From the NCBI RefSeq assembly GCF_006345805.1, contig NC_043001.1:63364001-63428000 (forward strand): 64,000 nt of DNA, given 5' to 3'. A model generated the notes under the pieces. That model ran no database searches. It was given only the letters and a program-made list of their open reading frames with translations, and had not been told where the DNA came from. Positions 11,392-24,839 of the stretch are shown here, in pieces (positions within the stretch are counted from its first letter, which is position 1; every line of letters starts with the position of its first letter). The stretch comes from Octopus sinensis (lineage: Eukaryota). The translations under genes were made by a program, and so were the position numbers.

Positions 11392-12380
11392 ATTTCAAAA
11401 GATTTATTGATGAAGACACTTTCCTTTGCTAAGGGTTTCACAGATATTAATGATAGAGGTGTTAGAGTTATCATGCATGCCAGGAAGACAGTGCTGTTCA
11501 GCTAAGATTTGACATGGGTTGAGCAATCTGACCCCCAATGGCTCCTTTGATGTGGCTATGGGAGCATACAACAGTGCTGATGTCTGTGATCTTATCAGAC
11601 TGTACATCCTGGACATCTTAGGGAAGAGGTTTCCTTCAGTCATCTTCACTCTCTACAGAGATGACGCCCTAACAATCTCTAAAGGAGCCAATGGGCACAC
11701 ACTAGGCTTAGAAAGGACCTTAGGCTCAATGGGACTCAAGATCACCATTGAGACTAATCTCACCACAGTAGATTTCTTAGATGTTACTTTTTGATCTGGT
11801 CTCTAGTTCATACAATCCCTATCACAAGCCAAATGAGAGGCTGTCCTATATTAGCACAGCCTCCTGCCAACCCCTATAGTCTTCAAGAACCTAGTGAAAG
11901 GTATAAGCCAGAGGATCTCAAATCTTTCTTCTAGCCAAGATATCTTCAATGCCACTGCTCTCTACTACAATGAAGCACTGGCATCAAGTGGGTTTAAGGA
12001 CCACATCTTCTACATGCTAGGTCTTAGCACTTGGAAAAGAAAGTACCACAGAAAAATTGTTTGGTTTGCTCCACCCTTCTCGCTCAATATCAAGACTTGT
12101 ATGGAAAGGATTTTCTTTAGATTAATAGACAAACATTTCACACATGCACATAGATACATGCAATTATTTAACAGGCACAACCTAAGAGTCTCCTTCAGTT
12201 GTACACCTAATATAAAAAGCATTTTAACAAGTACCCACAATACAAGGGAGGAGGCAGGTTGTTCTTGCAGGGTATATAATAACTGGGCAGTGGGAGTCCG
12301 ATGCAAGGCTGAAGGAGTCATCTATGAAGTTATAGTGACACCTAGACCTACTATCCGTATTACCAGCAATGTACCATCCA
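11392..12380 (+). mobile_element. Old Penelope-like RT remnant, continuation
   Basis: ISKDLLMKTLSFAK, IMHARKTVLF, FDVAMGAYNSADVCDL, LYRDDAL, VDFLDVTF, RKIVWFAPPFS, RVSFSCTPNIKSI; multiple stops. Confidence 0.85.
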
Positions 12381-12519
12381 ATAGCAATATTAGCAGATTA
12401 ACCAGATTTCATGCCAGTACAATCACCACAGCCAGAGGTTATGACCAGTTCGGGACCAGCATCGAAGAGGACATAACTGATGATCCCAGTACCACCGCCA
12501 CATATCTTCCATCCTATTT

Positions 12520-12983
12520 ACATTCTCATCGTTGTACCTTGAGAGTATTTTCTGGCACATCACCACCTCCTTTCTCACTACCTCTCACTTTTACTCTCTC
12601 TCACTCTTGCACTCCCTCATTCTCACACTTTCTCATTCTCACTCTCTCTCTCCCTTGCTCTCTCCCTCTGACTCTCCTTTACAGCAAGACACCTGTTTCT
12701 ATCCCTGTCATACTCTAACCTCTCATCACCTGGCACAAAACCACCTCCTCTCAAAGAATTTTCATCTTGCAAGTTACTTAGTGGCTTCATTGGTGCTGGT
12801 GTCACATGAAAAAGCATCCGGTCCACTCTGTATAGCGGATGGCATTAGGAAGGGCATCCAACCATCAAGAGCATGCCAAAATGGATAATGGAGCTTGGTG
12901 CAGTTCTCTGGCTTACCAGCTCCTGTCAAACTGTCCAACCAAGCCAGCATAGAAGATAGACATTAAATGATGATGATAATGAT
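12520..12983 (+). mobile_element. RTE-type LINE 3' end (pyrimidine-rich UTR plus (GAT)n tail)
   Basis: GGCATTAGGAAGGGCATCCA...CAGCATAGAAGATAGACATTAAATGATGATG; the same family recurs at many loci in the window. Confidence 0.7.
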
Positions 12984-13478
12984 ATATGCTTTGTGTTCAA
13001 AAATTTTATATTTTTTTTTTGCAGGAATTTCAAAATAAATTGAAGATTTGAATTGTTGTTTTTATTTGTATTGTTTTGTCACATTTGTTATTTTCCCCCC
13101 CACTCCTGCACTTATCTAACACACCCACAACATTCACTTCACCCACCCAAACTTTGCCATCTAATTATATTTTGTTTGATTTGATTAAATGTTACTTGTT
13201 GTTTGTCCAGAAATTTGTTTGCATATGTGTAGTGTTTGTGTTTTTTCAGTTGGTCACCATTCCTAACACTGACACTTCGGTTGGAAACAACGGGGATATT
13301 CACTAGAAATAGACCCATACAACAATAATATATTTCACCTTCATCATATTGCTGTTCTTTTCCATTACTGTCCAAATTCTATTTAAATATCAAAGACCAC
13401 TTCTAATTAATGTTTCTGTTGCCAGTGCCTCACACATAAATCAACGTTGGTTTTTCTCTTTACACTTATTTGTTTCAG

Positions 13479-13523
13479 TTCTCAGTTTTCCTCGGAGGAG
13501 GAGAAGATCTGGCCACTGGCAAT
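13479..13523 (+). CDS. Candidate 45-nt phase 1-1 cassette exon of the SBF-like linker (LSFPRRRRRSGHWQ)
   Basis: Pyrimidine tract plus tttcag, donor AAT|GTAAAT, open and phase-compatible with exon 24661. Joined peptide GHWQSLGR loosely resembles GKWGSV/GVWASL of vertebrate SBF1/2. Speculative. Confidence 0.25.
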
Positions 13524-14488
13524 GTAAATTATTTGTTGTCCACCTTTAGCACCTTTTTTCTTCACCTAACATGCTAAAACCCACCCGTTATCAACCGTTT
13601 TGTTCCCAACAATAAATTATAAACTGCATCCTCAACCTTTCTTTGACCAGTTTTCACTAGTTACTGCTTCTCATTTTCTCTCTGTCCCCATATTTTCTTG
13701 TTGCTAGCCACAGCTCTTAGCTTACCACCTGCTCCTCCATTTACAGACCTTCTGATCTGCAACACATGCATTTCACTCTTCTACAGTTGAAGAATTACAT
13801 AGCTATATTTAGCCAACCTCTTAACAATAACAACAATAAATATTCTAGAACAGAATAAATATTCTAGAACAAGTTTTTTTTTTATTCTTGGATCCACTCA
13901 TTAAGTTTTTGTTTATCAAGATTCCTTGTTTTGTCTTAAAATTTTAGACCAAGAAATCCAGTTTAGAGAAACCAATGAGAAGAATGTTTACTAATTAATA
14001 AGAGATAATGTAATTATCCACTATTTACTATTACTACAATCATTTGATAGTATTCACTACATCATTTATTAATTGAACAGACCATTCTAGGGTATCCATT
14101 ACCTGTAAGAATGAAAATCAAGTTTGACTTGTGTAGAGTTTAAATTTTGAACATAAAATGTCATAGCCAAATATGGTAAATTATTTTGTGTTGTGATGTT
14201 ATTGATTCTGGCATTGCATGCCACCATAATTCTGCCATCAATTTCCTTATAATGGAATTAATAATTGCCTATATATTATCTTACAAACTGAACAACTATG
14301 TTGATATCTATTGAAGAAATACATTACTGCACTGTGATTTGAACTTAAGAATCTAATAATTTTTGGTTGTTTATTTTTGAAATATGAATCAAGAGAGTTT
14401 ATAATTAAAGCTAACAGTTTTGAAATGGCCTTCTACAGCAACAGTTGGCCTCTTTCAATTTTGTAGATTTTTCCCAATATTGAAATTG

Positions 14489-14596
14489 GGTGACTGGAGC
14501 CTGGTGCAGCCTTCTGGCTTCCCAGAACCCCGGTCGAACCGTCCAACCCATGCTAGCATGGAGAACGGACGTTAAACGACGATGATGATGATGATG
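14489..14596 (+). mobile_element. Very short 5'-truncated RTE-type 3' end with target-site duplication
   Basis: 10-bp TSD ATTGAAATTG at 14479-14488 and 14597-14606; (GAT)n tail. Confidence 0.85.
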
Positions 14597-15769
14597 ATTG
14601 AAATTGTTTTTCTGATCTATTGTCTCTCCTTGCAAGTATCCTTCCATAGTAAACCTTTCTCCCTCTCTTACACTTAGATTATTTTACACACACTCAGCTT
14701 ATTTCTTTTCCTCTCTATTCTTGCTAATACTCCCTTTTTTTATTCTCAGAAATTACTAACTACATTTGTTTTAATTACCAATTTACTGATGTTGTTTAAG
14801 AATTTGCCATCGATGTTATCTGTCTTATATTCTTCTCCCTTCAACATTTGAAAGCAACATTCTTGAATTTTTCATACATGGAATCTCTTTGACTTGATGG
14901 TCTAAAAGATCCAGAAACAAGTATTAAACACAGTGATATTCATAGATCTGCATCAATTTTTAGATAGAACTTTGCAATTGAAATAGATATTACTTTCATT
15001 TCAGGAAGAGCTCTCTTGAAGTTACTTCTAATTATTCTATTATATATCTTCACAAAATTCTGTTGACCTTTCAACAATAATTCCATAATTATTTATTGAA
15101 GTTTGTTATAATATGAACCAATAAATGGTTTATTACATTCTAGTTTATTGGAAACATAATGTCACCTGAAATTGGTTGCCAGTGTGACCCGGTTCTGCTT
15201 TTCTCTTATGAATAAATTAGTGAGATTATCTACTAATTGAGAACTGATTGCTAAATGAAAGGATATCTCTATGATTATTGAATAGGGAAAGGCAGATGTA
15301 TGTGAGTGTGTGTGTGTGTATTGTTAGTTGTGAGGCGAATAAACTGTTATTGTTGCCAAATGAGAGGAAAACTTACTTTATAAGACTGCAAAATGCAAAT
15401 CAAGCCAGCTTTTAAACTGCTAAATGTAATGACGACTGTATTGTCTTGACTGTTCTTTTAGATGTTGACTGGGAGAATAGCATGGAATACTGACAGTAAT
15501 AAATTTGAGAAAACTCCTATAATTTCATTAGTTATTTTTGTTATGGATTAGTATTTAAGGTTAACTAGTACACATTTCAAAACATCTTGTAGAAGTAGTA
15601 TCTCTTTTGTTTGAACTCTAGTAGCTCTTTATCAAAACTTTTGGAAACAAATATGGTCAGTTTACTTTCCCATATTGTTTGAAATTAGTTGATTTCTGTC
15701 TTTAAATCTACATAGATTAATTAATAGTTATTTGTAATTATATCTATAACATTTCTAATATAGGCACAG

Positions 15770-15950
15770 AGCCTGAAAGCTTTGAGGAGTGGGTAATCAA
15801 TATCATCAACCCAATTACTCATCTGATACTTAATTTATTGACCCTGAAAGGATGAAAGGTGAATTTGACCATAGTGGAGTGTGAACTCAGAATACCAAAA
15901 CAGATGAAATACCACTAAGCATTTTGTCTGGCATGCAAATAATTCTACCA
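15770..15950 (-). mobile_element. Decayed SINE of the 'CCTTTCATCCTTTCGGGGTCGATAAAATAAGTACCAG' (Nin/Deu-domain-like) family
   Basis: Reverse complement aligns to 54165-54370; other copies at 25690-25880, 46430-46630 and 55030-55210. Confidence 0.65.
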
Positions 15951-16410
15951 AGATGCCTCTCCAATTAGTTTTATAATATAGAAAACCAAATTTCTTAAAT
16001 TAATCTGGCGATAAAATAGCTTCAGGATTCAGCAGTCTTATTTTTGTTTTTTTACTATTTACATTATGTGGGACTATGAGTTTTGTGAGAAAATTTTTTC
16101 TTTTCTTCAGGAAACATAACTCTGTTTTATCCTTATTCTGCTGGAGTGTTCCAACTAGTAGTAGTAGTGTTGCACAAACCCACATGCCATGCAAACATAC
16201 ACGTGCTATGAAACCTTTGTTACTCATCCATACCAACTCTTCCACACATCAATATACAATTTACCTTTATTGAACTATGTCTTCATTGGTTTTCTCTATA
16301 AATTTTGTTGTTGCTTTTCTAATTGCTTTCCACCCAGCTAAATAGCTGTCACACTTGCTTATACCATGTAGACATTGCCTCATTGTTCTGCATGCAATAA
16401 ACACTACCTG

Positions 16411-16456
<46 letters not shown>

Positions 16457-17836
16457 ATGTAGATGCTCATGCACACCAGTTATGTTTCCATTAAATCTTC
16501 TACATTAACATTTATGTGAAAAATAATTTTCCTTCCATTGAATGCATCTGAAACCATTGATGCTGCACTTGAAAACTGTGGTGATATTGACATAGCTGTA
16601 GACATACAAGCAAAATGTGGAGTGAAATAACAAACACCAGAATCCTGGTAGTTAATGCCTGCAAGCATATTGCAGATATGCAGATATGTCTGTAGTGATA
16701 CACACCAAAATAGTTATGTAATACATTGGAGTCTAGTACAATGCTATTGAGATGTCTTGCATTTCTAGCAATTTTTCACAATTTACCACTAATGACTGTT
16801 AGTATAAACTGTCTTGGAATAATTATCTAAGAAGTGTATGTTGAAAATAAATCCTGTATATTGCATAACAACAGGTCATGCAACATAGGATTTATTGCCA
16901 GGGGGATTGTCTTGCATTGTCGATTCCAATAGTAAATTAATCACGGAGATAGGAATACAGATTATAGTAAAAAAGAAATGGACATTGTCTTGTTCTGATG
17001 CTTGTAATGACATTATAATTTCTCGCCAGTTTTCTGGAATAGGAAAATTCTGTTGCTTTCAAATATTCCATTAACCCTTGTCAAATGTTTTAAATGCAAG
17101 CCCTGTGTTCTTTTATGTTTTTTATTCTTTAATTTGTTTCTTTACCTTGAACCCTTTTTTTGTCACATGATTTTTTGCCATGTGTTGTAGGGGCACGTAC
17201 TGCACACCACATTTCCTTCAGGACAGGTAATATTTTTGATGCTGGACACCAGCCAACCAACCAACCAACCAACACTAAACTGTCTTGCTGGTTGTCTCAA
17301 GTTCTACTAATAACACATAACATGTTTCATAACTACCAGCTTCCTTCCCATTCCACAACTCCAACATTTCAGGGTTTTATTGTTGCCACTAATCTATTGT
17401 TGCTAGAATTAGTTTTAAAAACTGGCCAGAAACTAACCCAAGCCCTAATAGAAGAAAACTAAAACTTGTTAGGAAGTAAAACTTTTAAAATATGTGAATG
17501 AGAGAATGTTTAGTAAGCAAAGTCTTCATAATGCTTAATTTGTGAGATGAAAACAAGGCAGAGTTTATTAGAAAATGTCAAATTCATTATAAGCAAAAAA
17601 ATATAGATGAAAGACTTATTAAAAGAAATAAACAGAAAACAGTGAAGAAGAAGAATTTTAAAAAAACATGCAGAAGTTGTGTATTGTTGAATGACATTAA
17701 AACATTGACAATTAAAACATTGACATTAAAATATTGACAATTAAAATAACTCTGTGAGAATATGAAGTAAGTCTCAGAAGAAAACAGCATCCCTAAAAAA
17801 AGATAACATTACAAACAATTAAGTGATGCTAAGCAT

Positions 17837-19270
17837 CAGGGCCGGCCTTAGGAGGTGCGAAGGCCCAATTGGGTGAGGCAAGGGGGATAATTTCCAAGGG
17901 TTCACCCTACTCTACCCACCTCCAATTTCTGTGGAAAAAATTATTTGCAGCATATTAGGAGATTAGAGTAGTTGATAGCACAAGGTAAAAATGAGGGAAA
18001 AAAAGCATTATTTCCCACCAAAATTGAGTCGGGTGTTAAACTATAAATTTACCAAAAGTTTTCACCATCAGTAAGCGAAACTACATTCAAACTACACTTT
18101 TTAAAAATATTCTAGCAAAAATTGGAAAGAAATTTAACAAGATCCCAAAGAAACTTCTATCTGTTCTATGATGTTACACTAAAAGAGATATACATAAAAA
18201 CACAGATTAATAATTAGAATTTTTCTGAAGCTGGTTATATACTTGCCTTATATTTTTTTCCTATAACGTTTATTGTAGAAAGCACAGTCCTGTCTGCCTG
18301 TTTCTTAGCTGTATGGTTCTGGGTTTAGCATGACTGTATGACACCAAATGTCTCCTACTATAGTCCTGTGTGTGTGTGTGGCTGTGTTTGTGCTTGTCCC
18401 AAAACCTGAATGGGAGTCATTGCAAAGAAATTTTCTCTTTTAAACAAGAGACGAGAAATTTTATCTCACCTCCTCATCTTTCTCTCTCTCTCCCCACCTC
18501 ACTGTACACACACACATAGACACATGTGCACGCGTATGTATATGTATACAATTCACCACTCACTAAAAATACATATACGTACAAGCATAAACATACATAC
18601 ACATACATTCTCACAAGTACAAAAACTTCAACCAAAACCTCTATGAAAAATAATTGAACTTTTCACCTTTGTTTAACCATGTCCCTTGGACAGAAATTCC
18701 TGTGGCCAAAATAGTGAGCATACATTTAGCCTTTTGCTTTTATCATTATATTTTTTCTTTCTTTAATACATATATATAGAGAGAGAGAAAGAGAGAGAGA
18801 CATACACACACACAAAATACACTTTAATTGAAATAATGTTCCCCCAAATTAAACATATACAAAGTATATTTATAGTAACTCACACACACACAAATACGCA
18901 CACATATATACATACAATTCATCATACACTTAAACAACCATATACATACTCTCACGCACACACAAATATATTACCCAAATATTCACATACTCACATGCAT
19001 ACATACAATTGACCCTTACACTAAAAATACAAGCAAGGCTTAACCCAAGGAAGTTTGGTTAAATGGGTTTATCTTTTGGTATCTTGTGTCGCTAAAGTGT
19101 AGAAAGTATGTTTTTTTAAGGAGCATTTTTATGTAAATTTTTTAAAACTTCAAGGAGACCACCTTTATGAAATGTCGTAGTATAGGATGTAGCCCCCTTG
19201 AGTGTGGGGCCCTCTTGGGCACAGGGCCCAATTGGGAACAATTGGTCCAATTGGCTTAAGGCCGGCCTTG
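17837..19270. mobile_element. Non-autonomous hAT-type element
   Basis: TIR CAGGGCCGGCCTTA / TAAGGCCGGCCTTG; perfect 8-bp TSD CTAAGCAT at 17829-17836 and 19271-19278. Confidence 0.9.
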
Positions 19271-19453
19271 CTAAGCATAGTTGCATGATGTGCAGAACTA
19301 GAGAGGCCATTGTGAGCTGATTTTTGTATACAGCATGTATGTTGAATATATAGCATATGGATATGTATATATACATATAGAACATTGGATATCTATTAGA
19401 TATATAGCATTAAATATATATAGCATATGTGTAAAGATATATGTATATATGCA

Positions 19454-19503
<50 letters not shown>

Positions 19504-19799
19504 ATATATAAAGATACCCTTCAGCTGTGAATGACCATGAGATTGCACCTAGAAAGTTCTCTTCTAAGTCCCAAGTTCAGGCAAGATTGTTTGTGGAAGA
19601 CCAGCAGTTACCCATACATACCAGTCTTTCCTTTCCATGCCACTGATGTTGTCTGAGAGAAAGGCAAAGGTTGATACAGCTTGACACTAGTAATATCATA
19701 ACTCATATCTTCAGCTGAAATAAAGTGACTTACTCAAGAACTCAGCACACAGCCCAATATGGGTAAACCACTGAGCCATGTGCCTTCATATATATGTAT

Positions 19800-20768
19800 T
19801 TGGTGAGTTTATTTCACCAAAGAAAGATGTGGCTTGCCACTTGCAGTCCCTGTATATCTCATGAGGTTGGTGATTTTGTGTGGCCATTCGAGTTATATAT
19901 TTTAGCTCTTATTTCTAGTAATTGTAGTGCTGTCTTGCACCCTTATTTATGAATTTTACCTTTTTGGTTTTAATTGCCATAGCCACCTATATTATAATGT
20001 ATTTAATATATCGTAATATATTATTTTAATATTATATTATCTCATTGTATTTTTATATATTTGTGTGTCTGTGCATGTGTATCATATACCGTATCATATT
20101 TACTGAATCTTCTACCTCACCTTGATTAATAAAGTGTCGCGAGTACTGGAAGTTAGCCATAGATTGGAATAAGTAATAATCTAAGGGAGCTAGATCCAGA
20201 CTATATGCTGGGTGTGGTAGTTCAATTCCCTCAAATTCCTGCTGTTTATTCTGGGTTGTTTAAGGGCTGTGAGGTCTTGCATTGTCTTGCTGAAGGGTTC
20301 ACTTTCTTTTAACCAATGCTGAGTATTTTTGCATACATCTGCTCCAGTTGTTTGGAATACAGGTTGGCATTGATGGATTGACTGTCTAGAATTAACTTGT
20401 AGTGAAGTATCCCCTCTTAATTCTACTAGAGGCTTAGCATCACCTTGTGTCTAAAATTACCCATGTTTGGCAACAAGTTCTGGAAGCTGGACCTTACTTG
20501 GCCACTGCTTATGCACATTAAGATTATGGAAAAGTGTCTCCCTTGGCTTATTACTTGTTCTGATCCATGGCTCACTTCCTGTGCTTGTAACACTTCATCA
20601 GTTGAAGAGGTGGAAGCTTCAGTGAAGGAGTCCTTTGCCTTGAAAGACAAGGACTCATATCAATGCTACTTGATGGCCTCTACTTTGGATGTTAGGCTGT
20701 TTTTAATGTAACTTGAATAAAACAAATAATTTAGCAAAATATTGCAAAACTTTTGACTCAAGACAGTA
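19800..20768 (+). mobile_element. Highly decayed mariner transposase remnant
   Basis: SMAHFL...EEVEASVKE.FA.KDKD resembles the mariner C-terminus; boundaries uncertain. Confidence 0.45.
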
Positions 20769-22029
20769 GCAGCTAGAGGAAAGTGTTGTGTGATAGATGA
20801 TGGTAAAACAATATGGGTGATAATGATTGTTGGATCAAGAATACTATTTCAAAATTGGAGGAGAACTAAATAAAATGAAATTACCTTTGTTAAATTTGTT
20901 AAAACTATTGTCAAGATTTTCTGGCTGGTTAAAAATGTGTTTATAAAATGTGGTCAACAATTTTTCGCCAACCTACTCTGTCTCTAATCTAATCACACTA
21001 AATTCTTGTGGAAACTCTTAAGATTCTTTCATGCCCCACTAACTTAACTGCTTTTTTGCTTTAATTTTGGCCACACATTTTTATTATTCTCTTTCTAATA
21101 TATTTATGTTGGTTTAACAATATGTTCTTCTGACTCTCTTCCCTCTCAAATGAAGAAGTGTGCCTTCTGTGGCATGTCTACCTTTCAGCTCTCACCCATA
21201 GTTCTTTCACACAGACAATACAAACTTTCCAAATAAAACTAACACCCTTCCCCCAAATTCCCTCCCCCAACACACTACCACTTTGACCAATACCATTTTT
21301 GTATATGACTTATTTCTGCTGATCTTCACTGTAGCAAACAATTGCAGCTAAACTTAACTAGTTCTGGTAATTTCTTGAAGTTCTACAGTTAATTGGTGCA
21401 CAAGGTTGAGAATGTTTTGAAATCTTGCTTCTGTCATTTTGTGTTGTTAGACAGTTATATTACTCAATTGGCATGGCTGGACATCAGGACCTACATTTAA
21501 TCATTAGTGGAGTGGTTTGTAGTAGGACGAGCATTCATATATATATATATATATAATTATTATTTCCCTTAGGTATAGTGATACAAATAACCTGGTGTTA
21601 GAACTCAATATACACATACTTCAGAACAAAAGCATCAGTGGAGGACAGAGCAATAATAAGAAATTAAAATAACAAGGGAATAAGAAATTGTCTTGCACTT
21701 CATTAACTTACAATGCAATGCACTCATAGTTGAATGCATATGTATCACCCTTTGACTTCATCAGAGCTTCTTGAATGAAGTGCAGTTTTATCTGAGAAAG
21801 CATTTACATGTATGATTGATCACTAGCCACTAAACCTTTTTTTATTTTCTCTCTGTTTATTTCTGTGTTCCTTTCTGTTGAAGAGTGTAGGCTCAAAATG
21901 TAAAAGACTTTCTCACTTCCCGAGCATTAAACTAATACATCTGTTTGTTGTTTACACACCCGTCTTCGTTTTTTGTTTTGTTTTATTTTTTTTTGTAAAT
22001 TCCAGTTATATATATATATATTCATCATC

Positions 22030-22343
22030 ACCTGTTTCTGCCTCCCTGTCTCTCAGTCACACTCTAACCTTTCATCATCAGGCAGAAGATCCTGTCCTCT
22101 AATGTCCCTTCCCCTCTCAAAATTCCTTGTCTTGCAAGTTACTTGGTGACCCTACTGGTGCTGGTGACATGTAAAAAGCTCTCAGTCCACTCTGCAGAGT
22201 GGTTGGTGTTAGGAAGGACATCCAACTGTAAAATACCCTGCTAAAATAGACACAGTAGCCTGGGGTAGTCTTCTACCTGGCCAGCTCCTGACAACCATCC
22301 TACCCATGCATGCATGGAAGACAGATGTTAAACGATGATGATG

Positions 22344-22345
<2 letters not shown>
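22030..22345 (+). mobile_element. RTE-type 3' end
   Basis: TTCCTTGTCTTGCAAGTTACTTGGTGACC...GATGTTAAACGATGATGATG. Confidence 0.75.
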
Positions 22346-22386
<41 letters not shown>

Positions 22387-22505
22387 CACAAACACACACA
22401 GAAAAGCATTACTAACAAAAAAAAAGCATAAATACAAGTAAGAAATGAAATCTGGAGTTTCAGGGAGAGGAGCCCCTCCTAGAAGTAGGTTAAGAAATGA
22501 AGTCA

Positions 22506-22561
<56 letters not shown>

Positions 22562-22913
22562 AAATATATATATTATCATTACTATATAAACTGATAATTG
22601 ATTCCAAATGGGGAGCTTACTGTGAATGCAGCTTGAGTCAACTTATCTACTATTTTGTGTGAGTGTCTGTGTGTGCACGCATGCATGTGTATACAAATGC
22701 ATGTTTTCTCATTGTTATCCTAGAAGTTCACACTTAATTAGAAAATTGTGTGATGAGGTGGTAAAGTACCAAACAAACCTAATTTCTGTTTTCTTTGGGG
22801 GTGGAGAGTGGGGTAGAAGCCGACCCTATTTTATTACCCCTATTATCTTCGTATATTCTAGGGAACTTTAACATGACCAACCTACAAGAGGTGGCTTTTT
22901 TGGGGGGGAGGGG

Positions 22914-23153
22914 GGTTAATTTACTTCAATAAAGAGAACAAAAGTAATTCTATCTTTAAAGAAGCCAACTTTAAACCCTAACTATACTTATTATTTGTAC
23001 AGTAATTCCAAGACCTAAGACACATAGATCCATGATTTAATGCAGTGATTTAATGCCAAATACACAACATATATCAATGTGTAGTTAGGGTTTGAAGTTG
23101 GCTTCTTTAAAGATAGAATTAGTCTTGATCTCCTGATTGAAGTAAATTAAACC
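22914..23153. mobile_element. MITE-like inverted-repeat element (about 70-bp arms)
   Basis: 22914-22983 is the imperfect reverse complement of ~23082-23153, with a perfect core AATTCTATCTTTAAAGAAGCCAACTT. Confidence 0.7.
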
Positions 23154-23590
23154 AGAAAAAAATAGGGTACTGAGGTTTACATAAACCCTCAACACTTATT
23201 AATCTTGAAAGTAGATTTGGGATAATATTGAACTCTGGATATAATGAAATACTGTTAGGCACGTCTGTCTGGTTCTACCATCCACTCCTCTCAGGTCTTT
23301 GTTGTTTTTGAAATAAGTGTGTTAGATGTATCTGTTGGGAGAATATTCTCTTAGAAAAATCATTGAAGTACTGGTTTTGATATTTGGTGTCTGGTACCAC
23401 AACAAAGCTACAGCGAATTTAAATAGAATAAATAATTGAAGAAATCTGCTCATAAGTCTTACACCTGGCATGTTGAACCTTAAAGTTAGACTAACAGAAT
23501 CAATATAGGCAAGGGAGTCTTTCACAAATTACTATAATACAACCAGTATCATAATCTTAGCTTGCAGAGACCCCTCTTTTTTCTATCCCC

Positions 23591-23631
<41 letters not shown>

Positions 23632-24660
23632 AAGACTCATAAAATGACTGCATACAGGCTGCCATTCTTTACAGCTCTTACAATGGGTGCATGGCCCTTC
23701 TATCTTGACTAGTTTCAGCTGCTCGCAATGCATGTCTGTTTTTGTTTTTTTACAGTTATTTCACTTCAACTGCAGAAGATTGAAATACTGATGACTATCT
23801 CAATCTCTTATATATACTGTTACCTATTCTGTCTGTTCTCTTATAAATACATACACTTTGAATATATACAGTTGTCTAAATTTATATGCATGTTTTCATA
23901 TAATGCATTTATATACTCTGCCAAATCTTTACCATCTCTCTTATTATTCCTGATAGTCTGTATATTTCTATAACCACTGTTTCAACCATCACAAAATAGT
24001 CAAAGTCTTTGACAATATATCTTGCTGTAATTAGTATATTGATTCCATACATGATGTTTTTATATAAAATGCCAATAATTTTAACAGCCAGTTTCTTCAC
24101 AGATACAGAAACAGAATCTGTTTAAAGTAACAGTACCCCACTTTCTCTCTCCATCCCTCTATATCTCCCATCCTTCCTCCTCAGTCAGCGATATATGACA
24201 GGAAGATAAAAGTATTTCTTCCATTTATGTGCAATGACGAGTGTTGACATAATATTGTGTGTGAGAGAGAGAGAGAGATGGGGAGAAAGGCTTTGTTCAA
24301 TTGTAAATATAAGAGGACAATAAGATTCTAAATTACTTGAAAATCATCAATGGTGTCACTCTAATCCAACTAATTTGTTGCTTTGATTTCCATGAACACA
24401 CAACAATGCATTGATTGTTGTTTGTTGACCATCTTATCATGTCTACTTTCAGAACATCTCATAATATTTATCTGTCTGTTTCTCTCTCTCTCCCTCTCTC
24501 TCTCCATGTAGCTGTTTTATGAAGTGCACACACCTTACACTCAGTACTGACCTGTAAGATCTAGTATTGTTTTCCTAACATTCTCTTCACAGCATTGCTA
24601 ATGTTACTGGTCATATTAATTATTTAGTTCATATTAATCCTGTTGTACTTTCACTTTCAG

Positions 24661-24839
24661 CATTGGGACGGATTGGTAGTTTTCGAGAAAAACCCAAACT
24701 TCAAACAGGAAGCCTTGAATCTAATCGAACTTTACGTCAGAATGGCAGCTTGGATCCCAAGGGAGACATTGTTAATAGTTCTGTACAAGGATTACATAAA
24801 GTTTCTTTGCATATACTGGGTGAAAAAGCACAAATGAAG
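24661..24839 (+). CDS. SBF2: SBF1/SBF2-like (MTMR5/MTMR13) myotubularin-related pseudophosphatase, first confidently identified internal exon in this window (phase-1 entry)
   Basis: ttcag acceptor ends 24660 and GTAAGT donor starts 24840. Translation (x)LGRIGSFREKPKLQ...GLHKVSLHILGEKAQMK matches the SBF 'ALYILGEKAQLK' segment from recall. Invertebrates have one SBF1/SBF2 co-orthologue, so the symbol is approximate. Confidence 0.9.

Noticed and set aside
21891-21899. Possible 9-nt microexon GCTCAAAAT (tgtag/gtaaaa)
   Set aside because: Weak donor, purines interrupt the tract before the AG, and there is no homology support; kept only as a note.
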